From contig JBHGNT010000008.1 in assembly GCA_043228905.1 (NCBI GenBank), positions 14,384,001 to 14,448,000 on the forward strand: DNA of 64,000 nucleotides, in the 5' to 3' direction. This DNA comes from Azolla caroliniana (lineage: Eukaryota; Plantae; Polypodiophyta). Under the pieces are notes generated by a model. That model made no database searches and had not been told where the DNA came from. It saw only the letters and a list, made by a program, of their open reading frames with translations. Of this stretch, positions 1 to 11,586 are shown piece by piece. The translations under genes were made by a program, and so were the position numbers. The first letter of the stretch is position 1; each line of letters begins with the position of its first letter.

Positions 1-309
1 AGCTCAGTTCCCAGTCCGACAACACATCTTCCTTGCCCGAAACACAATCCCTCTCTCAACCTTCTTCCCTCCCTTTTATAGGCCCTGGGGACAGACCGTT
101 ATACCCTGGTTACATCCTCTTTATTTCTGTCACTTCAGACAAAGATACACTACGATTTCCTAAACAATAAATGTGTACTACCTAGTATCCTCACACCAAC
201 CAAAATGCTCCTAAGTATGTACAAGTTATTAAATAACGTACTCACACGTAAGGGCCAATTCATGCGCATATTTCCATGATTCCTCTTAGGGGCGGTTTTC
301 TCCACGACA
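1..309 (-). repeat. 3' LTR of Trp-family copy 1 (partial)
   Basis: Minus strand begins TGTCGTG right after the PPT, as in the other two family members. Confidence 0.75.
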
Positions 310-382
310 TCCATCCCCACCAAACCGCACGTCCACCGGTACGTGCCTGATACAACAATCGCCGGAGAAGACCGTCCTATAA

Positions 383-3300
383 TCACCCTTCATTCTCTGA
401 GTCGCTATCCACGCCGGTGCAGCCATCACCATCGTCCGGACTTGCCGAGTCCAGTTTGTCCTTGTGCCGTTTCTTAAATACTTTGATCCTCTTCCCAGCT
501 ATTGGCACAACTATCTGCGTCTCGTCAAGCTCCGCGAGATGGTACATGCCATTGTCGTTAGCATGCATCACGGCGTAGGGCCCAAACCATCTCTTTGCAA
601 ATTTTTGCACCGCCTTGTGCTGATTGTTGATGCTGTTGTTGTATACCAGCACCCAATCGCCTTCTTCAATCTTCTTCGGTCGGAGCCGGTGTGTCCGGTT
701 GAACCGGCCCTTGTTCCTTTCCCATGCCGCGCACAACATCTCCCTTGCTCGCTCTACGTCCTTTGCTCTCTGTTCAAGCTGTTGAATCCGTGCCGCCAAC
801 AACTCTTCCCAGCTCATTTCGTTCCTCCAGTCCACCGCGGCCCACGAAGTGATTGCCCGCACCACCGGCCTAATCGGTTTTTGCCCGTACATCAACTCCG
901 CCGGCATGAAACCGGTCACTAAACTATGCGTAGTCCGGTCCGCCCACAGTGCATAAGGTAGAAGCCGCGGCCAATTCTCGACCTGTCCTTCACACGCTCG
1001 CACCAGCGCCTTCACAATTGGGCCATGCCCTCGTTCTATTTTCCCGTTCGCCTCCGAGTTGTACGCCGTAGTGAGGGAGAGCTTGACCCCTAGCCAGTCA
1101 AACAACTCTTCGGCTTCCAACGCGTCCAGCTCCCCCTGATCTACCACGATCTTCCCTACGCACCTGTATCAGCACACCACCTCCTCAATCAGGAATCGAC
1201 ATACCGCCGGAGTTGTCTTATTCGGTAGTGCGCAGCCCTCCACTTGGTTCGTCAAGTCTTCTCGTGCCAGCACCAGGTACCGCACCTGTCCTACCCCCAT
1301 TGGCGTCGTCACCAAATCTACCATCCACTTGAAATGGACAGTCGGGGGGTAGGTCGGGTGCAGCTCGTCTTGATGCCGGATCGTGGAGTGCATCTGGCAG
1401 CTCTCGCACGTCGTCACGAACCGGTGCACGTCCCGGTATAGCCCTGACCACAAATACTTCTCCTTTAGTTTCTCGAACGTGGCCCAAATCCCGCAGTGAC
1501 CGGCCCAAGGACTCTCATGGTACGCCGTGAGCAACATCTCCCGCTCCTCCTTTCCTGCCACTATTCGTAGTGGGACAATGCCTCTCTTCTTCGGAGGCTT
1601 CCATAGGTTCCCGTCCCTGAAGAAGAACCGGTACGCTTTCTTCTGGACCCGGTTAGCTTCGTCTTTCGTCCACGCAGTGTCCGGCGTCATTGTCTTCAGG
1701 AATCTACCGATCCTGAGCCACTCCCCTTCGTATTCACCCTCGTGAAACTCGTGAAGCACCGGGGTGCTACCTACCCTTGCCAGGTAAGTCGACTCGAAGA
1801 AGTCCTCGCCGACTTCTTCGCCCTCCAAAACCATGTCGTCCTCGTCGTCAAACCGCGCTCTTGAAAACATGTCGGCCATGGCGATGTCCTTTCCGGAGAT
1901 GTGTCGTATCTCCAAACTCAGGGACTTGATGTATGCAATCCATTTGAGCATTGCCAGGTCCAGCGTCGTGCATCCGGAAACCATTCCGAGGATCGGTAGG
2001 CAGTCCGTCTCGATTATTACCTCCATCCCAATCAAGTAGTCTTTGCCAGCCTTGACCACCGAAACGATACCCCACAGTTAGCGCTTGACTTGCGCGTATC
2101 CTTGCTAGACTTGTGCATATCCTCGCTGTTGCTCGCTCAATACCTTCACCCCGACCCAGATCGGGAACCACGCACCACTCTCGTCCTCCTGATTGATCAC
2201 CCATCCGATCCCTGTTGGGCTTCTGTCTACGGTTACGTAGACGGGGACCTCCTTGCCATAGACCGCTTTTCGGAGAGCCAGCGCCGCGGTAAGCGCCTCT
2301 TTTAATCTCCAAACCGATTCCGTATGTTCGTTACTCCATTCGAATTTTTGCCCTTTCTTTAGCACCCGTAGAGCGGTTCCGCGACGTGTGCATAGTGCAG
2401 GATCCAAATGTGATAGAACGTGCATGCCCCAAGGAACCTCCGCACCTCTGTAACTGACTTGCATTCTTCCTTCATCACGGAGATGGCCTCTACCTTTGCC
2501 CGAGACGGTTTCCGGCCGTAAGGCCTGCACAGGTGACCGACAACAAGGATCTCTAACTGCCCGAAAGCCGACTTCTCTCCGGAGAAGGTGAGTCGCACAC
2601 TCTCTAGCCTTTGTAGCACCTTTTTGTAGTCTTTGATGTGGTCTGCAACAAACCTCCGGCAACCGTCCGATGCAACCAACTCATCCTTATCCTCCACCAG
2701 ACACCCTTTTATCGGTATTTTGTCCAAAAACAGTATGGTGATGTCCGGGATCCAGTCTCTCAGCACTTTGTTCATAACATTCACCATGTGCGCCACTGAG
2801 TTTGTCCCTCCTTGCGGCAGGGTACACATCTGCACTAAGCCGAGAGGTGTCTGCATCGTCGTGACATCCCTGCTCTCCTCGGCTAGTTGGAACTGGTTGT
2901 ACCCTGAGTATAGGTCCCCGACTGAATAGATTGACCTCCCGGCGAAGGCCTCTACAAACTCGTCGATTGTCGGTCCAACTCTTACGTTCCTAATGGTCAC
3001 TTTATTGACCGGCTGCAGGTCTTGAATGAAGCGCAACATGCCGTTCTTCTTAGGCACGGTAAACCACCAATTTGAGTACGGGGCACTCGACGGTTCAAGG
3101 ATGCCCATCTCCGCCTTCTGCTTCAGCAGCTCCATCAGCTTCGGGATGTGAGCTCTAGGTATTGGAATCGGTTTGAGATTCCATAGCACATGCGGTACCG
3201 TAAAAATAACCATCGGCTCAACGAGTGTCGGGTCCACGCACCCAATCTCTTCCGGCGAGAATGCGAAAGCCTTCATGTGCCTCCCGAGCATCCTCCGAAA

Positions 3301-4526
3301 CCGTTCCTCCTCCGCCGGCAGTAGAAAGCCACCCCCACCAACCTTGAGTTCCCGTAGCGTTATGTCGGTGAACCAGTGTCCTATGCCGGCCGGATCCCGT
3401 AGACTTAGATCCGACGCGCCCCCTTTCATTCGTAACCCGCTACCCTCCGGCAAAGGTGCCGCAACTGGCATCACCTTCCCATCCACAGTCTTGTACCTTG
3501 TATACACGCAGGCCGTCTAATCTGATCTGACCCTTTCCCTGAAGTCGGTAATGACTTCGTACTTTTCCACCAAGTTAACCGGAATCATCCGGTCTTCACT
3601 GAGGCCTTCTTCGATCACCTTCCCGATTTCCCCGAGGGTGTCGTCGAAAGAGACCGCCTCCACGGTGCCACTAATTTCCTCATCGGGGGCGAGGACTCCA
3701 CATATCCTGAGTCGTTCCTCTGCCCGCTTCTTCTCCTAGCCAACGATGCCGGCTATCATACAACCTCCGGTATCACAGAACCAAAACTTCCGACCTATGG
3801 TACAGGTGTGGGGTCCCTCCGGGGTGTCTGGACTATCACAACCCTACGCCTTGATAGCCCTCTCTAAAAATTCCCTTGTTCACCACTACTGAGGGTTTCC
3901 CAATTCCACTCATGGTTCGGTCGCACGGTTAGGAATTGGACGGAGTGTCGTCCATCTTGGCTCTTTACGCGCACGTACACCGAACCGTTATCCAACACCC
4001 TTGTCTCCATACATGCCGTCATAATGTATAGCTCGCCGAGTATCACTAGGTGCGAGGACGTTTCCTACACGAAAAATTGTTGATCGATCTCGACGTCGCC
4101 AATCTTGACGCGCACATTCGGGCACGCCCCATGCAGCTCCTTCGTAGCGCGTGTCGCCACGCGTATTTTCTAGTCGTGCTTGGTGTTGATCGGCCACTTC
4201 CCTTTCTTATAGAAGTCCATGGACATCAGTTTGATCTCCGAGCCGTGGTCTATCAATGCCACCACTGGCTCCTGGACGTTCCCGATCCGAACAGGGGTAT
4301 CCGTAGTGGCTCTGGCCTAGTGCGACCTCAAATAGTGTCTTTTTGCCAACTCCTCTTCCAGGCGCGTCATTCGCACCTCCATCGGCTTCTCTGGTTCCGG
4401 CTCCGTCGACAGCCATTTACGCTTCACCAAGTCCACAATGGAATCGTGGAACTCCTTCTTGGCGATTCTGAGCACCTCCCTCAATGACAGCTCCACCTTG
4501 TTGTCGAGGATCCACTCTTCGAGGAC
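383..4526 (-). pseudogene. degenerate gag-PR / pol (RT, RNase H, integrase) of Trp-family copy 1
   Basis: ORFs 2359-3507 (RT, FLDKIPIKG), 1169-2059 (RH and HHCC zinc finger) and 383-1147 (integrase core), broken by stops and frameshifts. Confidence 0.9.
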
Positions 4527-4531
4527 CTTTC

Positions 4532-5175
4532 TGTTAGGAAATAGGTCCCTCTGGATGGGAAGTGAGAAGAACAGTACCGATGAGCAAACTCGGCCGAGGC
4601 CGATAGGCTGAGGCCGAAACCGGATGACGAGTACCCGGCTACGAAGAGCCGGATGGTGCAGACCCGGTGAGAACCGGATGACGAGTACCCAACAAGTTTC
4701 GGATGATCCAGGCCCGGTGAGAACCGGATGAAGAGACATATTTGTAAATATGTTTCTGAGAGTCCATCGTGGCTATATTTGTAAATAGCCGAAAAGTTAG
4801 TATAAATATGACTTAGGGAAAACTTATGATTAGAGTTGTTGTCATTCTTGTTGGCACAAGATTAGAGCGCGCAACTGTGTACAGAGAGAGTGAGAGAGAG
4901 GAAGAGGTTGTTGCCTCTGATTGTAACCGCCGCCTGTGGCGAAGATAGCAAGCTCGAGGTCGTGGCCTCGGTGCTTTCTTATTGTACATTCTGACATAGT
5001 GATAGTTTGCGGTCTGTGGGCTGCCGTGGTTTTTCCCGAGTTTGGGTTTTCCACGTAAACATCCTGTGTACTCTTCTCTCTATCATGTTGTGTTTCATTC
5101 CCTATTTTCTGTGTGTTTTATTCTAGGCTCGGTTGTGGCCGAGCGTTGTTAGAAGGGAGGGTGTAGTTCCTGTCA
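4532..5175 (+). repeat. 5' LTR of Tork-like copia (644 bp)
   Basis: Direct repeat of 9718-10465; TGTTAGG...CCTGTCA. Confidence 0.95.
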
Positions 5176-5178
5176 AAG

Positions 5179-5190
5179 TGGTATCAGAGC
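5179..5190 (+). promoter_or_regulatory. primer binding site, tRNA-iMet
   Basis: TGGTATCAGAGC 3 nt after the 5' LTR. Confidence 0.95.
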
Positions 5191-6402
5191 GAAACGACAC
5201 AGAAAATGGACGATTCGTTGGGAGGCATGTTCAAGCTCACCGGCTCCAACTATTCGGTGTGGAAGTCGAAGATGAGGGACATGCTCATGGTTAAAGATCT
5301 TTGGTTGCCAGTTCAGTTTGGGGACAAGAGACCAGACAAAATCGACGCCACGATATGGGAGGTGATGCGCATGAAGACAACGACTTACATTCGGTACTTC
5401 ATCGACATGACCCTATACAACAACTTCAATGAAGAGAGCAAGGCTCATGAGCTCTGGGAGAAAATCGGCATTATGTTTCAAAACAAAAATGTTGTTAACC
5501 AGGTTTCGGTATTCCGGAAGCTAGTAAGACTCTGGTACCAAGATGGCTCCAGCATGGCGGAGCACATGAATGCCTTCCAGGGGCTGATACACCAGGCAAC
5601 ATCATTGGAAGTACCTCTCGCCGATGAGGTACTAGCGCTACTCCTGCCCGGTTCCCTCCCGAATAGCTGGGAGACGTTGGTTGTCACTTTGGGCAACGCT
5701 GACCCGCAAGGGAAACGGTCATCCCTAGCAAGAGTGAAGTCGAGCTTGCTAGATGAGGAGGCGCGTTGGAAAGATAAGGATACGAGCTCCGACTCCAAAG
5801 CGCTCCTTACCGAATCGGAACGCGGAAGACAAAGGAACCATAGCCCCCAGAACCGGGAAAAGTCGGGGACACGGTCAAAGTCAAGGGGGAGACCTACTTG
5901 CTTCTATTGCGGCAAGCCGGGACACTTCCAGAAGAACTGTCGGCATTTCCGTAAAGACAAGGAAACCGACGGCACCGATTCGAAGCGGACACCGGACCGG
6001 AACGGTAAAGACCGGAGGGGACCGGACTGGAAGGGAATGACGACAATCGCAGCAAGTGAAGAAGAGTTGATGCTCATCACCGAGGAGAGTGAGATAAACC
6101 TTGTCGGTGACGAGATGACCTGGGTGGTCGACTCTGGAGCGTCGTTCCACCTTACCCCAAACCGGAAGTGCTTCTCATCCTACTTAGCCGGTGATCACGA
6201 CTATGTCCGGATAGGGAAGGAAGGTACATGCCGAATTGTCGGCATAGGAGACATGTGGCTGACACCACCAACCGGATGCAAGCTGCTACTGAAGGATGTC
6301 TGACACGTTCCGGAGGTTTGTCTGAACCTGATATTAGCTGGTCGGCTAGATGATGAAGGCTACACAGGTAGCATCCGGAACGGTGTTATGAAGTTTTCTC
6401 AA

Positions 6403-6917
6403 TTGGACCGTGAAGTCGAAACAAGGAGTGCGGACGGTAGGCCATCGGTTGGTGCAATATGTAAGATGTAGAGTTATAGAGAAAAGGTTTAGGGTTTAGG
6501 AATTAGGGTTTGAGTCTTGGTTTTGGTTTTGGTTTAGGGTTAGGGTTTAAGATTTAGGTTTAGGGTTTAAGAATTAGGGTTTAGTGTTTGTTTCGAGCTT
6601 AGGGTTTAGAGGATAAAAGGGTTTAGTGCAAGAGGGGATAAAGTGAAAAGTAACACCAAGAATAATTTGAGCAAACCCAAATTATTTGACTAACTTGGTG
6701 TAAGTGAGGCATAATAAGAGATAGAGGAAGGGGAGAGAGAGAGAGAGACGAGGGATTAATCACTAACATTAAAACCAGAAACAAGTTAAAACATAACCAT
6801 AAGCTAAATAGTCTAGATTAGAGAGAGGGAGAGATTAAGAAGGAGACCAATTTTCATTAAGAAAAAGGAAAAAATTTCATTACCTTCCGCACTCCTTGTT
6901 TCGACTTCACGGTCCAA
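6403..6917. mobile_element. non-autonomous element with 37-bp terminal inverted repeats and internal telomere-like repeats
   Basis: TTGGACCGTGAAGTCGAAACAAGGAGTGCGGAcGGTA at 6403-6439 and its inverse at 6881-6917 (1 mismatch). Removing it restores the copia frame (MKFSQ|GSLIVAR). Confidence 0.85.
6487..6626 (+). repeat. degenerate (TTTAGGG)n telomere-like tract
   Basis: Multiple TTAGGGTTT / TTTAGGG units interspersed with TTTTGG. Confidence 0.8.
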
Positions 6918-9717
6918 GGGAGCCTGATTGTGGCTCGGGCCCGGAAGGTCAACACGTTGTACCTGATGAATGCCCGGTTATGCCCAGAAGAAGTGAACGT
7001 GGCATCCGACACTGCCGGTGAGCTGTGGCACAAGAGACTGTGCCACATGAGCGAGAAGGGGATGAAGAGGCTTGCAGACGACAACCTCATTCCAGTGAAG
7101 AACGTGCACTTGGAGAAGTGCAATGATTGTTTGGCCGATAAACAAAACCGGACCTCCTTCCGATCGAGGCCACCGATGAGACGTAATGCACCACTGGAGT
7201 TGGTGCATACTAATGTATGTCAAGTGGATACGAAGTCACATGCCGGATCGCAGTACTTCGTGACGTTCATAGATGACCACAGCCGGAAGTTGTGCGCCAC
7301 ACCGTTGAAAACGAAGGATCAGGTGTTATCCGTCTTCAAAGAGCTCCATGCGAGAGTGGAAAGAGAAACTGGCCGGAAGCTGAAGGCGGTTCGAGCAGAT
7401 AACGGAGGTTAATACGAGGGTTAATTCGAGGAGTACTGTCGCTCGAAGGGAATCCGACTCGAATTTACCGTGCCGAAGACGCCGGAACTAAACGGGCTGG
7501 CCGAGAGGATGAACCGGACCATAATGGAGAGGGTCCGGAGTATGCTGGCGCATGCAAAACTACCCAAGAAGTTTTGGGCTGAGGCACTGTCGACGGCGAT
7601 ATATGTGATAAACAGATCACCCTCAGTACCCTTGGACGGAGACACGCCACAGAGAGTCTGGACCGGTAAGGAAGTGTCCTACCGGCATCTGAAGGTATTC
7701 GGGTGTCTCGCGTACGTGCATGTAGCTAAGGACCGGAGAGGAAAGTTAGATCGGAAGACCCGGCCATGCATATTCCTCGGTTACGGCGACGATGAGTTCG
7801 GCTACTAAGTGTGGGACCTGGTCGACAAGAAGGTATTCCGGAGTCGAGATATTATCTTCATGGAGGACAAGACGCTCGCCGACTGGGAGTCGGAGAAGAA
7901 GATAATGAACTCCGAGTCGACCGATAAGGATCGATTCTATGATGAACAGACCCAACCGTCAAGAGACCGGTTAGCACTCGAGGAACCAGAAGTAGAGGAA
8001 GCCGAAATCGGAACCGGCCAAGACCCCGAATGGGATTCAGATGAAGAGCAAATGGAGGAGCCAATTACCGAAGCCCAAAGACGGAGATATCCTCTCAGAG
8101 AGAGAAAGGCCCCCCGGAGATTTCCGGATCCAGAGCATGTGCTGCTAACCGATGAGGGGGAGCTAGAAAGCTTCGTAGAGGCGAAGGATGACACCCACAA
8201 CCGCAAATGGTTAAGTGCCATGCAGGATGAGATGGATTCCCTGCATGAGAACCATACGTATGAATTGGTGGAGTTGCCGAAAGGAAAGCGGGCACTCCGA
8301 AATAAGTGGGTGTACAAGTTGAAACCGGGAGATGCCGGCAACCTCCCGAGATACAAAGCCATGATCGTGGTGAAGGGGTTCTAGTAGAAGAAGGGCATGG
8401 ACTTCGACGAGATATTTGCCCCGATAGTAAAGATGACCTCCATCCGGACGGTGCTGAGTATAGCGGCAAGCATGGACCTCGAGGTAGAGCAGCTGGACAT
8501 GAAGACGGCATTCCTTCACGGCGACTTCGAAGAGGAGATCTACATGCAGCAACCGGAAGGATTCGTGGAGAAAGGGAAGGAGCACCTGGTTTGCCGGTTG
8601 AAGAAGAGCCTCTACGGGTTGAAGCAGGCCCCCCGGCAATGGTACCAGAAGTTCGACTCCTTCATGACCGATCAAGGGTACCACAAGACGCATGCCGATC
8701 ACTGCGTGTTTGTGAAGAAGTTCGAAGGAGGCGACTTCCTGATACTCCTTCTGTATGTGGACGACATGTTGATCGTCGGACGGGACCAAGCCAAAATACG
8801 GATGCTGAACTCAACCAAACCTTCTCAATGAAGGACTTTGCTGGGGATGCATATTATCCGGAACCGGTCAGTGAAGCAATTGTGGCTGTCACAAGAGAAG
8901 TACGTGACAAAGGTGCTTCACCGGTTTAACATGTCAAATGTGAAACTGGTCGGATCGACACTCCCGGCAAACTGCAGATTATCCGGTAAGCAAAGCCCGA
9001 AGACGAAAGCTGAGAAGGCTGATATGATGAAGGTTCCATATGCCTCTACCGTTGGGAGCTTGATGTACGCAATGGTATGTACCCGACCGGATATAGGCTA
9101 CGCAGTCAGAGTGGTGAGCCGGTTTATGAGCAATCCCGGCAAGGAGCACTAGAACGCGGTCAAATGGATACTCCGGTACTTGAAGGGAACTTCAAATATG
9201 TGTCTCCGATTCGGCTCTGGAAAACCTCAACTTGACGGTTTTACCGATTCGGACATGTCAGCTGATGTGGATACCAGCCGATCTACATCCGGGTATGTAA
9301 TGACATATGCAGGGGGAGCAGTTTCGTGGCAGTCGAGGTTGCAAAAGACGGTTGCGTTGTCAACCACGGAGGTGGAGTAAATGGCGACTGTGGAAGCCGG
9401 CAAGGAAATATTATGGATGAAGGACTTCATCGGAGAGCTCGGTATCCGGCAAGATAAATACCGGCTCTATTGCGACAGTCAAAGTGCCATCCACCTTACT
9501 AAGAATGCGGCCTACCATTCCTGGACGAAGCATATCCAGCGAAGGTATCACTGGATCCGGGAAAGAGTAGATGACCAGGAGTTCGCGCTGATGAAGATCC
9601 ACACGGCCGAGAACGGGTCAGATATGTTGACCAAAGTACTTATACCCGACAAGTTGGATGCATGCCAGAAGCGGGTCGGACTAGTAAGACATCCCATGCC
9701 GGAGTGAAGGGGGAGTT

Positions 9718-10465
9718 TGTTAGGAAATAGGTCCCTCCGGATGGGAAGTGAGAAGAACAATACTGATGAGCAAACTCGGTTGAGGCCGATACGCCGAGGC
9801 CGAAACCGGATGACGAGTACCCGGCTACGGAGAGCCGGATGGTGCAAACCCGGTGAGAACCGGATGACGAGTACCCGGCTACAGAGAGTCGGATGGTGCA
9901 GACCCGGTGAGAACCGGATGACGAGTACCCGGCAAGTGCCGGATGATGCAGGCCCGGTGAGAACCGGATGACGAGTACCCGGCAAGTGCCGGATGATGCA
10001 GGCCCGGTGAGAACCGGATGAAGAGACATATTTGTAAATATGTTTCTGAGAGTCCATCGTGGCTATATTTGTAAATAGCTGAAAAGTTAGTATAAATATG
10101 ACTTAGGGCAAACTTATGATTAGAGTTGTTGTCATTCTTGTTGGCGCAAGATTAGAGCGCGCAACTGTGTACAGAGAGACTGAGAGAGAGGAAGAGGTCG
10201 TTGCCTCTGATTGTAACCGCCGCATGTGGCGAAGATAGCAAGCTGGAGGTCGTGGCCTCGGTGCTTTCTTATTGTACATTCTAACATAGTGATAGTTTGC
10301 GGTCTGTGGGCTGCCGTGGTTTTTCTCGAGTTTGGGTTTTCCACGTAAACATCCTGTGTACTCTTCTCTCTATTGTGTTGTGTTTCATTCCCTGTTTTCT
10401 GTGTGTTTTATTCTAGGCTCGGTTGTGGCCGAACGTTGTTAGAAGGGAGGGTGTTGTTCCTGTCA
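9718..10465 (+). repeat. 3' LTR of Tork-like copia (748 bp)
   Basis: Follows PPT at 9706-9715; carries two more U3 repeat units than the 5' LTR. Confidence 0.95.
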
Positions 10466-11144
10466 CTTTCGCACGTCCGTTGAGCTCTCAATCTTCGTGC
10501 TCAGCCGGTAACCGGCTTGCTTCGCTTTGTCCGGTGCGCCGGGGTTATCGGCATCGTTTTGCTTCTGCCCAAACCGGGTCTCATACCATTGTGAGGGACC
10601 GGCACATTCGGCCTTTCCCGCAAGCACGGCGTGGACTACGACGAGACCTTCGTGCCTGTTGCGACGATGACTACCGTGCGGGTTCTGCTAGTCGTAGTTG
10701 TGACAAAGGGGTGGCACTTACATCAAATGGATGTAAAGAACACGTTCCTACAAGGTGATCTTGAGGAACAAGTGTACATGGTACAACCCCCCGGATTTCT
10801 ATCCGAACGAAACACTTCGGCAGTTTGCCGACTGAAGAAATCACTGTACGGACTTAAGCAAGCCCCGCGAGCTTGGAACACGAAGATTATGCAACAGTTG
10901 CGTAGGATGGGGTTTAAGACGTTGAAACTCTTCACTATTTGTTCGGCAAGGTCCATATGGACCGGTAATTCTTCTACTTTATGTTGACGATTTAGTCATC
11001 GCTGGTGCCGACCTAGACGAAATCCGTCGCGTAAAGTCTCAACTCGCGGCATCATTCGAAATGAAGGATCTCGGAGGCCTTCATTACTTCCTCGGGATCG
11101 AAGTGATCCGCACCCCTAAAGGCATATTGATAAGCCAGCATCAT

Positions 11145-11534
11145 TGTTGACCGGTCAGAAGAGCAAGGACAAGTGGGAAGGCAGAGTCGGATCGGATAAT
11201 AGGAAGTAAATAATAGTAGAATTATTATTCGGAGGGACGGATCCGGTACAGTTGTACCGATCCGGATCCGGACCGATTCGGATGCCGGTTGCCTAAGCGC
11301 ACCGATTGTAACCTTGCCGGATGCCTATAAAAGGATCCGATGATTTGTAAAGGTTTTGACGGAAGTAATACAAATAGAATTATTGCGTGTTTATCTGTAT
11401 CTGTGTATTGTTTTACCGTCTATGCTTAATTGTAATCATCTTACGCGTGTAACCTAGCATCCAATCCTTACCACCCCTTTGGAGAAGTGTCGGATAGACA
11501 CCTGTGTTGAGGCTAGTCCGGCCAGGCGACAACA
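11145..11534 (+). repeat. 5' LTR of gypsy A
   Basis: TGTTG...CAACA, contains CCTATAAAAG TATA box; direct repeat of 20795-21184. Confidence 0.95.
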
Positions 11535-11540
11535 CTATTT

Positions 11541-11550
11541 TGGCGACCAC
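11541..11550 (+). promoter_or_regulatory. primer binding site, probably tRNA-Arg
   Basis: TGGCGACCAC 6 nt after the LTR, identical in copy B (27378-27387); complementary to the ..GTGGTCGCCA end I recall for plant tRNA-Arg(UCG). Confidence 0.7.
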
Positions 11551-11586
11551 GATTCCTGCAAAGTGTAGAGGACAACTGGGGGATGG

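Larger units (their letters stand above)
5206..9707 (+). pseudogene. copia gag-pol polyprotein with premature stops and a TIR insertion
   Basis: CX2CX4HX4C knuckle, WVVDSGAS protease, LWHKRLCH integrase N-terminus, YVDD RT, RNase H ending HIQRRYHWIRE..DMLTK. Confidence 0.93.
4532..10465 (+). mobile_element. Ty1/copia LTR retrotransposon, Tnt1/Tork-like, full length
   Basis: TG..CA LTRs at 4532-5175 and 9718-10465, 5-bp TSD CTTTC (4527-4531, 10466-10470), iMet PBS, PPT GAAGGGGGAG, domain order gag-PR-INT-RT-RH. Confidence 0.95.
1..10620 (-). mobile_element. Ty3/gypsy LTR retrotransposon, tRNA-Trp family copy 1 (5' part deleted, 3' LTR cut by window edge, interrupted by copia at 4532-10465)
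   Basis: PR/RT/RH/INT remnants at 383-4526 are collinear with the complete copy at 37124-44226. Gag resumes at 10471-10620. PPT-like GGTGGGGATGGA precedes TGTCGTG at 309. Confidence 0.85.

Noticed and set aside
6487-6626. True telomere or chromosome fusion scar
   Set aside because: The tract is short, degenerate, single-orientation and enclosed by TIRs.
9804-10020. CRISPR-like array
   Set aside because: These are tandem units without unique spacers, inside an LTR, in eukaryotic context.
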